Origin: Chrysomallon squamiferum
Taxonomy: Eukaryota > Animalia > Mollusca
Assembly: GCA_012295275.1 (NCBI GenBank)
Contig: CM022673.1
Location: 21,204,001-21,268,000, forward strand
DNA length: 64,000 nt
Direction: 5' to 3'
In this document: positions 12,780-27,683 of the stretch, one piece after another
Numbering within the stretch: the stretch's first letter is position 1
Layout of the letters: the number at the start of each line of letters is the position of its first letter
The notes under the pieces: generated by a model
What the model saw: only the letters and a program-made list of their open reading frames with translations
Told to the model about the DNA's origin: nothing
Databases searched by the model: none
Position numbers and translations under genes: made by a program

Positions 12780-15150
12780 CAATGAATGTCATAAATAACA
12801 TCACACTTTATCGTGCTAGCTGTCAGTGTCAGATCTACATGTACATGAAAACTCCAGTATTGAAAGTACACCAGAATCTGCTCCAGTGTCTGTAAATTCT
12901 TCACTTTCTTCTTTAAGCAGAATCATCCCTATCTGAACATGCATCTACATCGGGAAAGCACGTACTCCTTCAGAGAGTTTAGATATAAAAGTTTTCTATT
13001 GACAAGAAAATGTAAATAAAACTTTGAAAAATGAACTTGTTAAGAGAGGGACATCTGAACTTCAGAATAAATATGCATTGAAATGTGCTTTATATTGCTT
13101 TCTTTGCATGTTCTTCAAAACACTAAACGAAAAACGTCTTCTGAACAACCTGACGGATTTAAACGCCAGATTATTAGATCACGAAAAAAGTTCTCATCTC
13201 TTCGAAGCATTTAAAAAGTGGAAAGAATTTGATATGGAAAGCTGTATTATCAAGAATTCTTTTCTGTACTTAGCCAGCCAAGACTTACCTTTGTGTGGTC
13301 ACACAGAAGATATATAACCCTGGAAGTTCCTTGAAACTTTCAGATCCAATTGCTATTCAACATCTTCACAACGTTCAGCATGCCAATAGACTTACCTCTC
13401 TCCACAGAGCCAAAATGAGTTCATCAAACTGCTTGGTGATCACATCTTGGTGATCAAATTATCCAAAGACTTTTAAAGGCCAGGTATTTTGCCTACGTGT
13501 TTGAAATTACACCAGATATTTCATACTGACCAAATATTTCAAGTTGTGCACACTGAAGACTCAGAAATCGGTTTTGAGGAGTCTTTTATCGACTTCATTC
13601 AGTTATATGGGCAATCAGCTACTGAAATTGCAGAGCAAATTTGTGACAACGGCAAACAGACTGTCTGAAACTCGAGGACTGCTATGTACAAGAATATGAT
13701 AATGCTGCAACTGAGGCTGAACACAAAAGTGATGTTCAGAAACGTATTCTGGACATAAACCTCAAAGCAGTGTTTGTGCCATGTAGCAATCATTCATTTA
13801 ACCTTGCTGACTCGAGATTCTGTGACAAAAGATGGAGTTCAAAGCACGAAGCTGAACGCATACTTGCTGAGTCCACTGAAATAATTGAAGTCTTGAAAGA
13901 TGGATTAGAAGAAACCGCAGAAAGCAAAGGAAATGCAGGCAGCTTGTTGGTTTGAATTTTGACCTTTCCTTTCTTTTTTTCTTTTTTTATCATTCTTTTT
14001 ATTTCTGGAGCCCATTGCTTACTGAAGTGAATGATGTACAGCAACAACGAGGATTTGCACTTGACCCGATGTGTTCAAAAGCTAAAAGCACTGACTCTGT
14101 TTTGTGGCAGAGGCAAATGAAAGATCTACGGACAGAGGTAAAATATATGACATTTCTACAGGAAGAATAATTGGAAAGCGAAAGATGATGTCAGGTGAAA
14201 AAAGTATTGATTCTGGTTTAAGTTTAATCCTGTAAACACGTCTGGAACAACTTGAGGTAATAAATAAGTTAACAGCAGAAGTAAGAATACGTATAATACA
14301 GAGAATATCCTCAATCAGCTATTTGCTTTTCTTCAGATTCAAACATTGTTAGATGCACAGAAAGATAACTTCGTTGTTCAAGACATTCAGCATTTATGTA
14401 TGAAATATTCTGAATTAAACTCCTCATCTATGATTGATGAAGTACATCGTCTTAGACGCCATATTGTTTTATTTAAAGAAGTTCGTCCACATGCGAGCAA
14501 CACTGCTTGGACAGCGTTATATTTGCCGCGCTGGATAATTAAGTGGAAACTACAAGGAATTTTAACTAACTTCGTTGTGGCACTGAGAATGTTTTGACAA
14601 AAACTGTTTCCAATGCCATTTGTGCAAGAGTTTCTCAAAATTAAACTTAATAAAGACATATCAACGATGAGCCAGGAAAGATTAAATGACGTTGCAAAAT
14701 GGAAAAAGATTTTTATGTAAATGTTGTCAGTATAACTGAAAAATGCAAAGAATAAATTCCAGAAATTTTTAAAATACATTATATGATAGCAATCCGCATA
14801 GAAATCAGCAAACAAAAATATAAATAAAAATACCTTCAACCCTAATGGGTCTTAAGAAGGAACATCTCAGTAAATGCTTTGCAACGCGTTCTTTTAAAAT
14901 TCTTTATCTAATGAGATAACGTGGCTTCTCTCACCCTCAAAGTTACCACAATAGTTTATCTATGACTAGATCGAATTCTGTTACATTTTGATATAAATGT
15001 TCCTCCTGCAGATAGGCAGTTTCATTTTATAAATAAATAAATAGATAAGTAAATTTAATGCTTGTGTAATTAGGTTGAGAAACTTTTGGTTTAGGGGAGG
15101 GCAATAGCTTAAATTGCCCTGGGCGTTCAAAACCAATACTGTGCGACTGT
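12780..15150 (+). mobile_element. Decayed hAT DNA transposon, ZMYM1/DUF4371-like transposase pseudogene
   Basis: Frameshifted fragments LASQDLPLCGH, YLSPQSQNEFIKLLG, FEITPDIS, EESFIDFI, YDNAA, VFVPCSNHSFNLA, KRWSS and NFVVALRMF...FLKIKL (dimerisation region) are typical of hAT transposases. Many stops. The boundaries are approximate and I could not find a left TIR. Confidence 0.85.
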
Positions 15151-15154
15151 AATG

Positions 15155-15938
15155 AGGGGTGTCATCTAAGGTAGTAAAATTACTTCATTACTCTATCTGA
15201 GTAAGATTTAAATTATCTATTTGTACTTTTAAAAAATTGCTTTCATTTATGGTAATGTTACTTCTTACTTCGTTACTTTCGTTTACTTCGCGATGTTTTC
15301 GTTACTCTTTCAATTCATAACTTACGTCGCCTTTTGATTCTCCATCCGTCGATATTTTATTTTAATCGCCAAATGGATCCCTTCGGAACTGAAATGCACT
15401 GGAAAATATTAAGGCGCTAATCAGAGCAAACTGTGGTGAAGCACGCCTGCGACCGTCACGCTCACTGACGAAGCCATGGGGCGTGACTGTCGCACAGTAG
15501 GAAGGACAGAAGTTACTAGTACCGTCCAGTCATAGACGTATTAGCTTTGCGGAATCAGAGCGATACATTTCGGTCAGTTCGAATTCTACAGCTGTTGTGA
15601 ATGTGACTGCGGAATGATAAGCAGACAGCGGTGCTGGTGCCCGTGTCTACTGATGATGTTCCGATTCTCGTCGAAGAAAGGAAATGCATTAAAGACTGCG
15701 TACTAGGAGATACCTGCGTGAAACGAAGGTAGCAGCACATCTCTGTGTATTTCCATTCTTGAACTTTGTGTTACAATACATTTTATCTTCTACTTTCACT
15801 TTTACTTTAATTACTTTTAGAAAACAGTTTTACTTTCAGCTGATGCAGATTTCTGACAAGATGCTTTCACGCAGTTTTGAAATCGCTTACTTTTACTTCT
15901 ACCTAAGTACAAAATAAAGGTACTTCAGTGACCCTTGG
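15155..15938. mobile_element. Non-autonomous DNA transposon (MITE-like, TACTTT-rich arms)
   Basis: Both arms are rich in ttact/tacttt sub-terminal repeats around a GC-richer core. The terminal inverted similarity is weak (aggggtgtca...tgacccttg). From recall it resembles hAT-type non-autonomous elements of aquatic animals. Confidence 0.45.
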
Positions 15939-16994
15939 GATATGATTTTTACATAAATAAAATGAAAAGTTTCGAGAGTGTTTCGTTCTGTTAGCTGGTG
16001 GTGAACGACGAAGAGCCAAACAGCAAGAGAAGTCGTACAAGTAGCAGCAGAATCAACAAAGCAAACAAAACAAAAACTAAAGCTCGTGATCGTTGTTTTT
16101 GTAGTTATATTTCTTAATTTTTGTTTTATTATTTTATATTTTTTATATCGGTTATTCGATGAAACTTAGCAACCAACGATTTTGATATTTTTATTATTAT
16201 TTTAAAACACATTTAGTATTTATTCTCTGAAAAAAAAAAAGAGAGAAATTTAAAACGATATTGTTATTAATGCTGAAAAAATAAGAATAAATAAATATAA
16301 TAAAATGTCATTATTAATTTTCATGAGCAGAGTCGTGATATTGCTCTATGTAATAACAGACGGTTTTAACATGTTTGATCTAATTTCAGATCCCAAAATT
16401 CCACCCTGAATTAGCTTTGCTCTCGGAATTTAATTGTTTGTGTTCAATAGCTCACGTGGTTCATTTCAACCTGAATCAAGTTACACCTGCTATTGCTGTT
16501 TATTTAAATACTTGTAAATTTAAAAATTCCCCAAACCTTTCGAAATTGGGTTTAATTATTTTCATATAGATGATTTGTATATTTTGTTAACAGATCATCG
16601 CATCATCAATATGCGACCTTAAGGGACCTTTAACCATCTAAAAGAAACATATTTAGAAAAGTGAAATTCTATTGGTTTCTTAGATGCATGTATGAGCTTA
16701 AGGTGTAGGGAAACCTACATATTTCTATGCTACAATTTAACACGTGGAGAAGTATTGATTGTTTAATGAATGTTCCAAAATTAATTTAATTTTCTTCTTC
16801 TTCTTCTTCTTCTTTTTCATCATTATTACCACCATCAACATCTTTAATGATTAAGAAATACTATTATTATTATTATTATTATTTTCTTTATGATTATAAT
16901 CATTATCATTCTTTTTCTTTTTTAATGTATTATGATTATTATTATTATCTTTGTTGTTGTTGTTGTTGTTGTTGTTGTTATTGTTATTATTATT

Positions 16995-18603
16995 ATACGT
17001 TGTTAGTTTACGTTTGGTTTAATAAAGGTGATTATCCTGAAATAGACCATAAATAAGGAATATGTTTTTAATTACGACGGAAAGCCTAATAATTATGTTA
17101 ATTATATCCCCCTCGCTTTCATACATACATATATACATACATACATACACACATAAAAAAAAATACATAAATATATATAAATGCCTATACACATATATAT
17201 ATAGGATACATACAAAACACATAAAAACATATACATAAAAACATATACAAATACAAAGATACATATACATTTAAATATATAAACAAAGGAAACATTCTTA
17301 CAAAACTACATAAACAAAACAAACATTCAGAAAAAAAATACACAAACAACTCAAAGATACATACTCATAGAAATACATAAACAAAACAAACATTCTTACA
17401 TATAAACACATAAACAAAACAAACATTCTTACATAGAAATACATAAACAAAACAAACATTCTTGCATATAAACACATAAACAAAACAAACATTCTTACAT
17501 ATAAACACATAAACAAAACAAACATTCTTACATATAAACACATAAACAAAACAAACATTCTTACATATAAACACATAAACAAAACAAACATTCTTACATA
17601 TAAATACATAAACAAAACAAACATTCTTACATATAAACACATAAACAAAACAAACATTCTTACATAGAAATACATAAACAAAACAAACATTCTTACATAT
17701 AAACACACACTGATTGGTGTCTGTATGTTGGAGATGATAATAATGAAATTCATTATGGTAAATACAGTGGTGATGATTACAGCTGTACTGGAAATAACAG
17801 ATGATTTCATTGTTGTAATGATAATGATGATGACGTTGGTGGAAAGACTGATGACTGTCTGGTGATTATGTTGATAATTAGTGTGATAGTTGTTATTATG
17901 GTAATGAGAGTGAGGACTGTACAGTGGTAAAGACAAAGGTGGGCTTGCTTCGATGGCGACGATGATAACAGTGATGCTGCAGTGACGCAGATGATGGTAT
18001 GTTGGTGATGATGACATTATTAAAAGAAATATTTACGAGTTATAATATTCAGATGACATTAAATGGCGAGTCGTAATACATTTTTAATCTATATACAGTA
18101 AACATACCATTAATATTTTTAATTTGTTATTTTTCATTAATGAAAATATAAATTATATTCAACTATTTACAAATGTATGTGAGCCGTTGTTTAGGTTTAA
18201 AGCCTTTTCTAACGAAAACAACTATTTATTTTTCATCTTCTTCTTCCATTTTTATTTTATTTTTCTATTAGTAATTTTTCTTTATATTAATGGTTATTAC
18301 GGGAATTAAACATCAAACGAGTACCAGTAAATCACGAGGCTGTAATAAGACTTGTCTGAAATAGCGGATAATCTCCGTCCACTGATTAATTAAACATATG
18401 AAGCCTGGATTTTTCTCAACCTTTGCTTTACAAATATGTCTTGGTTAATAGCTAGCTCAATATTTTACTACACGTTAACAACATACGTTGTTAGTTTACT
18501 TTGGTTTAATGCAGGTGATTATCCTGAAATAGACCATAAATAAGGAATATGTTTTTAATTACGACGGAAAGCCTAATAATTATGTTAATTATATCCCCCT
18601 CGC
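16995..18603. repeat. Dispersed direct duplication of about 120 bp (16995-17116 and 18483-18603)
   Basis: Both copies read atacgttgttagtttac...ggtgattatcctgaaatagaccataaataagg...atatccccctcgc and are near-identical. Confidence 0.9.
17305..17705. repeat. 33-bp minisatellite, 10 or more copies
   Basis: Unit acataaacaaaacaaacattcttacatataaac. It produces the 11-aa repeats in the spurious 239-aa ORF. Confidence 0.95.
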
Positions 18604-21600
18604 ATACATACACACATACGTACGTACGTACGTACATACAGAAATACATACATAAATACATACATAAATATATATAAATATACATACATACATACATACA
18701 TACATGCATGCATGCATGTATACATACATACATATAAAGATACATACATATATATATATATATATACATACATACAGAAACAGATAGACAGACAGACTGA
18801 CAGAAATAAACAGACTAGTTTATGTGTATAGAGAGAAAGTAAAAAAGACAGAGTTAAAGCAACATAAATTTCCTTTGTTATAATAAAAACTATTTAATAT
18901 CTTTTGAATTAATTCATTTGTGATTTCAGAGTAATAAACAGGGGAATCTACACAAAGCTATATATCCTATATCATTTTAAAAAATAAAACAGTAATATAT
19001 TACAAGTAATAATAATCTTCACATTCTGAATGTAGGCCTCATAAAATGAGATCCTTCATTGAATTTTTAATTAAAAAACCCAACAAAAACAGATTAAATT
19101 AAACGGTATTGGATGAAGAAGATTCTGTTGTGTTAACGTGAAAAAAAGAAGAAGACATTAACAAAAATAACAATAATAGTAATAATTTTAAAACAAAAAC
19201 CTAACTGTAGATGAGAAATATTATGTTTTAAAAAAAATCAGAATGTTTTCATTAAACAAATAAGTAAATTAAATCAGGTGAAACTAAAAGCGACGTATCA
19301 GTTTACCATCAATGGATGTTTAACATTATTTTAACTCATTGATGATAGTAGGTGTCATAGAGAGGTTTCTGTATTGATTTAAACCGTAAAAACTGGACTG
19401 CCACTACACTTTAATTATTATTACCGATTTGCAACGAACGATACTTCATAACGACCTTCCCATAGACCGGAAAATATATACCATGGCTGTTACTCTACTA
19501 GTCACGGTATTTTAATGGAACATTAATTATATGTAATTAATTACCTATCATTATTATTACGATTTCTTTGAAAAGTGTAAACCTGCAGTAATTGACTGTT
19601 CACTAAATGGGTTACGCCTCACTGCCACGTTAAATTGAAATGAGCCGCATATTAGACTTCTCATTTTGAAAATATCAATAAATTTAAACTTTAAAAAAAA
19701 AAAATGTGAAAAAAAAAAAGAAAATCTAGAAAAATTTAATATTAGTACAGGAAGCACTTCAGTGAAAATCAAAGAACTCAAAGAGCAAATACTGTTATTT
19801 TTTACGTTAATGAAGAGAGGTGTTACGTCAATACTGATTTAAATAATAACTTATATGACTTCGCTGTCCTTTTTTTCAAATTATTACCCTTGAAATATAC
19901 GACTATAGTGCAGATAATGGACAAATGTACAGAGACAGAACAGAAACACAGTATATTATGTATATATGTAAATTGTATGTGCGTATGCTTTTCTTCATTC
20001 TTGTATAAACACAGACTAACTACAGGAACAGAACAACTAAAGACAGATGTTCTAATATTCTAACAAAACACTGAGAGGAAGAACTTGAAGAATGAAAATT
20101 TAAAAATAAAATGAACAAACAATGACGCATATGTTTCCTCTGTCGTATTAATCAGACGCAGAGTATCGAGTCTCCTGTCCCTCACTCGTGTACTGTAAGT
20201 CACGTCAGTATAATGAGTTACGTGATTAAACAACATCGGAACAAACGTGAACATATTTGCCAACGCGTTTCACAGTACTCGGAATAATGTAATTTTCTTT
20301 TAAAATCCAGAAAAAAAATCAGACCTGAAGTTTCATCAATTTAAAAAAAAAAAAAAAGTTCTAATCTTTTATACATGTTTTTCATTCGAATATCATCCAG
20401 ACCATTATTCACTTTTAATTCTGACATGGATAAGAAAGTACGCTTTGTTGTTCTAGTCTTGCCTAAAGAATTTTGTTCATATAAATCATCGTGGAATAGA
20501 CAGTGCTGAATGATGTCATGATTATAACACTTCCAAATACATACTGTTTAATCCTCTCTGAGGCAAAGGTTAGGTTACTGTTACACCAAGTTTTGAAAAC
20601 GTAATGACTAACGGTATTGCTTACCCCTGTTAGTTGGTAGCAGGGTTTTAAATTATTTTTCTCTTATTATTAGTAGTAGTATTAGTATTAGTACTCTTTT
20701 TTCTCCCACATAGCATCTCTATGACTCTCAGTCTCACTTTCTCTTTATCACACAACCTCCTCACTTCTTCTTTCTATCTCCATTCTTTATCCACGTTTTC
20801 ATTCTTTAAATTTAAAATTTGCCTTTTCTTATTTTACGGAGAGAGAGAAGAAAGACGCAGTCGATTTGGAGATAATCACACGAATGATTTAATTTAAACT
20901 AAATCATTATTTTCACAATGCAGTTATTTGATAACATCGCGTGCCTTTAAGACCTTATTATCCGAATGTGTGTATGTGTCTCAGTTTTGTGTTTACGTAC
21001 TTACATACATACATACATACATACATTTTTTATATATATATATATACACACACACACATACGTTTATATAAAATGTATATGTAGATATGTGTGCATTTTT
21101 TACTTTAAAATTATTGTTTTTATGACTTTTTTGTTTATGGTGTTGTGAGCTAAATACAGACATGTCAATAACTGTCTCAGTAGGCAGATTATTAAAGATG
21201 CTGTATTCAAACTGGTTGTTTTTACCTACACTCCCTACACAGTATAAACAACGAAATCTGTTATGAACTGCAGTAGATATAATGAAAGCCATAAGCGATA
21301 AACATTATTATTATACAGTTACACACGTTCGACAGTCTCAAAGGCGACGGAGACATCTATGCCAGTCTCTCCCTACGCCTGCTTTGTATTCCTGTATATT
21401 CCCATTGCTCCTGTCCATTCCTTTACGTCAATCATATTTCGTTTTACACACATTCAATTTCTTTCATTAAAAAATTATCTTTTTCAGATATTATAACTGT
21501 TAATAACAAGGATTAACACTGTAATAAATGATTAGTCAGTAAAATATATATTTATAACTGACACTGTAGAGAAAAGAAAACATGAAATTGAAAATCAGAA

Positions 21601-21663
21601 TTGAAACCTTCTGATATTTGTAATTAGCTTCTCATAAGGACATAAGTGTATACAAACACATAC

Positions 21664-21765
<102 letters not shown>

Positions 21766-22329
21766 ATGCCACTATGCTATTAAATACATATACAATATGG
21801 TTATGTATTTCCGTTATGTTTGAATGTTAATTATTAATCAATGAAATTATTTTGTTTTCATATGTTATTTCGTTACTTTTCCTTCACTAATTGCAGAACC
21901 TCGAGGTATTTTGGAGTGGGTCTTCATTAGTTTTCACAGAATATGGTAGACAATTCTGCCTATTCAATGCTTTCTTTATTTTCTGTATAACAACAGAGAA
22001 AAGCACACAGCAGTAGAATGGCTTCCTCAGATGACCTAGCCTAGAACCCTTGACCATGTGTTGTTTTCAAACAAATATATGAATGAATATTTACTTAACG
22101 ACAGTTCAGCTTATTTATTATTACAGAGAAATATACTGTGTCGAAAGCTTCAAGAACAAGTATGACCTGTGGACCCTCCACCCACATGATAATCACTTAC
22201 GCAGCATTTCTACACAATTGCCCGTGGGGAAAGTCCATAAATTGTATTTTTCTTGAAAATTCTAGCCACTCCTTTTCTCTCATCATCTGTTACAGACATT
22301 TCTGTGTATCCATGTTTCTGTTTATTGTT

Positions 22330-22930
22330 TGATGATTTGTTATAAATCTCTACTGCGCGGCGAGGATAGTTTTAAAGAAAATGTTTCTATCATCAAGGCT
22401 CAGGCCATTCATATGTTATATGTGCATTCCATATATGTATTCCATGAATATACTAACTATATGATCTGGCGCTTCTTCTATATTTCCTTTTTTTAACAGT
22501 TGAGACCCATTTAGTTCGCATCTTTTTGGAATCCCTTCTGTTCTGCGTCTCAAATTGAAAAACTGCGGACGACAAGTGGAATTATTTGCAGAATTTTACT
22601 TTTATGGTATCAGACCCACTTTTCTTCACGTATTGTCACAGACAGTCCTGTTATTTGTCATCCAGTATTAATCTCAGTTGTGAAGATGCTAGTGATGTTA
22701 CTTCTACATGTACAACATCTTTCAGAAAACAAGAGAGCTGAATCAGAAATATGTGCAGAATACTTTGATTTATCTTGATAATTAACTTTTCATAGGTGTT
22801 ACTCCGTAAGCCAGGATATTTTGAGCGTTTTTTATGTTTCAAGTCTGTTTACGATTCTGATAGGTAAACGTTTTGTCATGGAGCCTATACATTTCTATTT
22901 TCTCCATGTTTATCATTTCAGTTATTGTAT
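22330..22930 (-). mobile_element. Highly decayed non-LTR retrotransposon (RTE-like) 3' RT fragment
   Basis: Minus-strand remnants occur in the expected order: KYPG (KYLG-like), a YGSETW-like segment, FETQNRR..KW (FEMKCYRR..W-like) and a V.NEEIRRR-like segment. All are heavily mutated. Confidence 0.35.
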
Positions 22931-24127
22931 TTAACCGATAACCGTTCGTGATAATAATAACTGCGAGAATGCAACACAGAATCAAGAAATATTTAATGAA
23001 TTTGAAAATGACGTTTCTTTTCAATAATTCTGGCGTAGACTGGCAGAAACGCAACAAAAGCTAACTTTGCGTTTTGTTATCCTGTTTTTAGTCTTCCTTT
23101 TCATTTATTTACGGTTTGTTTTGCATTTTATCATCAGTAACTTCATTTCAAAATGACGTTTTTTCAAACCTCATGCCTTTTCCTATTCATTAACTTTTAA
23201 TATCTGCCTTTATGGAACAGAAGATAAAAATATCGATATTCTCTTAAACTGCAGGGCGATTGTTTATGTTCGTTATTATTTAATTTTCTGTGACACCCAA
23301 TTACTATAAGATAGCGCTATCTTTTTTATAAGACACGTGTATTGTGTAGCAAAACCATTTACACCTTTGCTGTGCAACAGTCATTCAGAAACATATTGTA
23401 TCACTGATAGTTCTTAGATTTGTGTTTTCCATTAACTTTGTTTTTATTTTTGAAACAGCGACAACGGCGTTGACGATAATGATGTGATTATGATGATGAT
23501 GATAATGATGATAATTATAATAATAATGCTCACGATCATCATCATCATCATAGATAATTTACGCTTTACTATAAATCCACTGATAAAAAGAGTTGAAAAT
23601 AAAATAAAGTGTAGACCGCAGCGAGAGCATGACACAATGCCAACGATTCACTGATGCCAAAGAAATATAAATAAAGATTACTCTTAATAACATGCTACAC
23701 AATCGATAAATACAAACTTGAATACAAAGTGTAATTATCTTAATATCATTTTCCTTTTGTTATTGTTCTCTTCTCTTTCCCCTTATTTCCGTTTATTTTT
23801 TTTTCTTCTCTTATTCATCCATAAATATATTTATCTACGACCTATTTCCTTATAAACCTTTACTTCTTATGTCAGTAACAAATTCATTTTTGTTTTCAAA
23901 ATGTATAATGATTACATATATATATCTGTTCAGTCTCGTTTCAATATTTATATTTAACAGCCTTTGGGGAAAAATGAATGAAAAGCATAATTCAGAGTTT
24001 AAGAAAATAGGTGGAAAAAGATTTAATAGAAAAACAGAAACCTCTCTCAGTGAAATAACTCTTGCATTGAAAGTATATTTATAATTAATAATGATAATAA
24101 AAATGATGATGATGATGATAATACTAG

Positions 24128-24173
<46 letters not shown>

Positions 24174-24267
24174 TAATGTAACTCTTTTTCGAAATGAAAT
24201 AAATACCGCATACAAAGAAATATTATGTTTATAATGACTAATATTCTTCACGCTAATCAGAACTCAC

Positions 24268-24345
24268 CTTTTATCTGCTTTTCAAAGAAAGAAGAGTTCC
24301 GTTTCCCAGCTAGATTGCGCCTGCAAGTCGCGAATCGAAGTGGGT
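24268..24345 (-). other. Probable non-coding first exon of the Cys-rich peptide gene
   Basis: GC-richer island ending in a strong donor AAG|GTGAGT (exon end 24268), 25-30 nt downstream of TATATATA (24366-24374). The link to the 11252 acceptor is inferred. Confidence 0.55.
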
Positions 24346-24359
24346 GACTTTTTGTCTTG

Positions 24360-24410
24360 TTACAGTATATATATTTGTTATTTGACTTTTCCATTCACCT
24401 GATTGGCTCC
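24360..24410 (-). promoter_or_regulatory. TATA box plus CCAAT box promoter
   Basis: TATATATA at 24366-24374 and CCAATC (plus strand gattgg, about 24402-24407), spaced as expected upstream of the putative first exon. Confidence 0.5.
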
Positions 24411-24633
24411 TCATTAAAGCTACGAGAAGGTAGACTACGCAAGCATGACTAGACAAGATACTAGCTAAGATGGCATTGTCATTATAAAAAGAAAAAAAGA
24501 GAGAGAAAAAAATAACAGAGCTATCGACCGAATGTCAATTACTTGTGACTTGGGGGCGAGTGGACAAAATATTCAAATTTATTGCAAATAATATTAGTTT
24601 TGTCTTCTGTGTTATGTTTTTCTGATCAACCTT

Positions 24634-24667
<34 letters not shown>

Positions 24668-24927
24668 GAAAAACTGCTGTCTTTGGTCTGTCAATAGAAT
24701 TTATTTTTAAAATAATGCGATAAATAAACTGCATTTAAGAGTCGTTTTTTTTTTTTCTCTGTCTGTTTTAATGAAGCTGAAATGTTTTAAACAGTTATGC
24801 AGCTTCGTGCATAATGAATAATCTTATAAAATATTCATTAAGTCATCGTCATATCCATTAACATTATTATTAGCACAATCATCCTGAAAACTGTCGTTAT
24901 TACCGTATGTTTATTATAATTATGGCA

Positions 24928-24965
<38 letters not shown>

Positions 24966-25469
24966 GTTGTTGTTGTTGTTGTTGTTACATATGCTTTATT
25001 AAGAATTTTAAACAGGATTACAATGCTATTTCACTTAAGATGACGTAGTGATTGGATCATTCTAGAAGTTCTTGGGTTTCTGCACGTTTGACGTCTTATG
25101 ATAAAGAGCAGAAGACAGCTGAGATGAATTCTTACAAAGAGCTGACAAGCCGTCAGAATGAACACTGAAGGTTTTAACACAGATTTTCTGTAATCCCAGA
25201 ACAAATAATTAATACGGATATTTAATAAGTTTTCAACGAGCATAAAACCTTTTTACAAAGAGCTTTTATAAATGGATAAAAAAAAAATAAAAAAAATAAA
25301 AAGAAAGAAAAAAGATATATATATATATATATAAAGAGAAAAGAGGTGTTGAATACGTACGACATCTCCAGTTAATAACTGGTACTAGTGGCATAACACA
25401 GATTGATATAAGACAGATAGCTTAACCAGTGTACGCTGAGGCTGTAGTGAAGATATTAGGACTAAGTCG

Positions 25470-25640
25470 CCATCGGAAATAGAATCAGTCCAACTCGCGG
25501 TGCCTTTGGTGATATTTCCCCTTCCAACCAGTACCTCACGAACTGTTTATCGTGGTATGTACTTTTCTTTCTGTCAAGAAGTGTTTATACAAGATCCATT
25601 CCTCCCAGTGGAAAAAGAGTAACCATTAAGGCTTTACAAA
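25470..25640 (+). mobile_element. Decayed SINE copy
   Basis: Shares a core with 46871-47095 (atttc..cttccaaccag / atttctcgttccagccag, ctgtc). From recall it resembles an abundant gastropod SINE. Not verified by search. Confidence 0.4.
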
Positions 25641-25748
25641 TATTTGTGTGTTTTTTTTCTTTTTTTAGCTTATTCTTCACCTTCGCTTAAATCGTATTCG
25701 GTGTAAATTCATATTCAAATTATAAACTTCTCTAAATAACAACAACCA

Positions 25749-25795
<47 letters not shown>

Positions 25796-26007
25796 TGATG
25801 ATGATGATGATGATGATAATAATATAATAATAACAATTATAACAACAACAACTGCATTACCAGAGATATTCCATAGTAGTCAGCACATGCTGATGCATAC
25901 ATCAATCATTGTTTTACTATAGCTATTATTTGTCTGCAGTATATATTTACTATTGTAATTATCATTATCCACCATTGTTACATCAACCTTTGTGTTTTGT
26001 TGATCGG

Positions 26008-26108
<101 letters not shown>

Positions 26109-26685
26109 GACACTGGTGAATCTTACCAATAAGCATATAAAGAAAAATAATATTTACAAAAATTCGATGGACAATAAACTGATCAGCAAAACACATACAT
26201 GTTTGTGTGTATTCGTTGTCCTAAAAACCCACCTAGTCCTATGTAGTAAATAAAAACCATTTTAATGTAACGAATGTTTTGATAAATATTACTTAACTGC
26301 GTACAAACTTATGTTGGCAGCAGATTCATTTTACTTCCACCAGTAACATTTTACTTGCTTTCCTGTGAAAACTGATTTTGTGTAAGATTTTCATTAAGAT
26401 GAACATGAACATGTATAATAATATCGAGAAAAGTTCCAGAGAATTTGCCGCTAATTAATAATTATTACAACGAAAAGACTGACAAAATGCAGGTTATTAT
26501 TTAAATTAAGAAATATATGGAATGATATATTGTTATTTGCAATATCTCACATTAAAAATGCCTTTTTCGTGTTAATATACTTAGAAGTCCAGGTTGTTCC
26601 GATATATATTGTTTTTGTAGGTGTATATAATTATATTAAACAGATTTAGTATGAAATTTACTATTTACGTATTTATTATATACAC

Positions 26686-26793
<108 letters not shown>

Positions 26794-27052
26794 CGGCGGT
26801 GAATATGATAATCACTGTATTTGCAACATCCATGTCTGTGGTGGTTATTATTTCTGCTGAGTCCATCATCTCGACCACGGCCATCTAAGATCTTTGGTTA
26901 ATGAACTTCCACGACTTCCATAATATATATCAATTTAATAATGTAACGTATAACGTATTTGGTTAGTTGACGTCATATTACGTCATAAAAAAATAATAAA
27001 ATTGCAGCAGTGCGCATCTCAATCAATAAATTGTTTACTCAGTTAAATTCGG

Positions 27053-27098
<46 letters not shown>

Positions 27099-27424
27099 GT
27101 AGCATGGATCAATGATTTTTATAAAATAAAAACAGGAAACTCATTGTCTGCATACATAATAGTACATGTTTTAGAAGTTGAATGCTTTTTGTTGTAACGA
27201 AAAAGAGTGAAAATTTTATTTTTAACTAATTTTTTTTTTATACGGCCGGTTGACGGACCTTTATTTATTTTATTTTATTTTATTTTTTTTAATTTTCTGT
27301 TGTAAAACTACATCCAGCGTTATAATGAATGTATCAAGGTAATCATTCAAATAGCACGTGATCAGTTTGCTTTTTACATGTAAATACGACCCCTAAAGCA
27401 TTGAAATAGGAAATAAATATTAGG

Positions 27425-27459
<35 letters not shown>

Positions 27460-27652
27460 ATAATGGTTTCAAGTATCGTTTTACAACTACGTACTCAGAA
27501 TTGTCCGCTATGGAGTTTTAGCAGAGTAACGTGTTCACGTCATGGTATCTAATGAGAATAGTCATCTTCATATTCACGCGCTAGTGTCTGTGAAAATTAT
27601 TTATTTTATTTTATTTTATCTTTTTTTATTTTTTTATTTATAATAATATCTG

Positions 27653-27683
<31 letters not shown>

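Noticed and set aside
15465-15495. CUGACGA followed by a GCC/GGC stem, hammerhead-like
   Set aside because: The required GAAA is GUGA here, and the homologous copy in the CLP1 intron lacks CUGANGA.
15138-15499. 11-bp inverted repeat tactgtgcgac/gtcgcacagta as MITE termini
   Set aside because: There is no target-site duplication, and it straddles two other apparent elements, so it may be chance.
17298-18017. 239-aa ORF, plus other long ORFs such as 6149-6750, 8014-8379 and 25880-26253
   Set aside because: These are stop-free translations of mini- and microsatellites with no protein-like composition.
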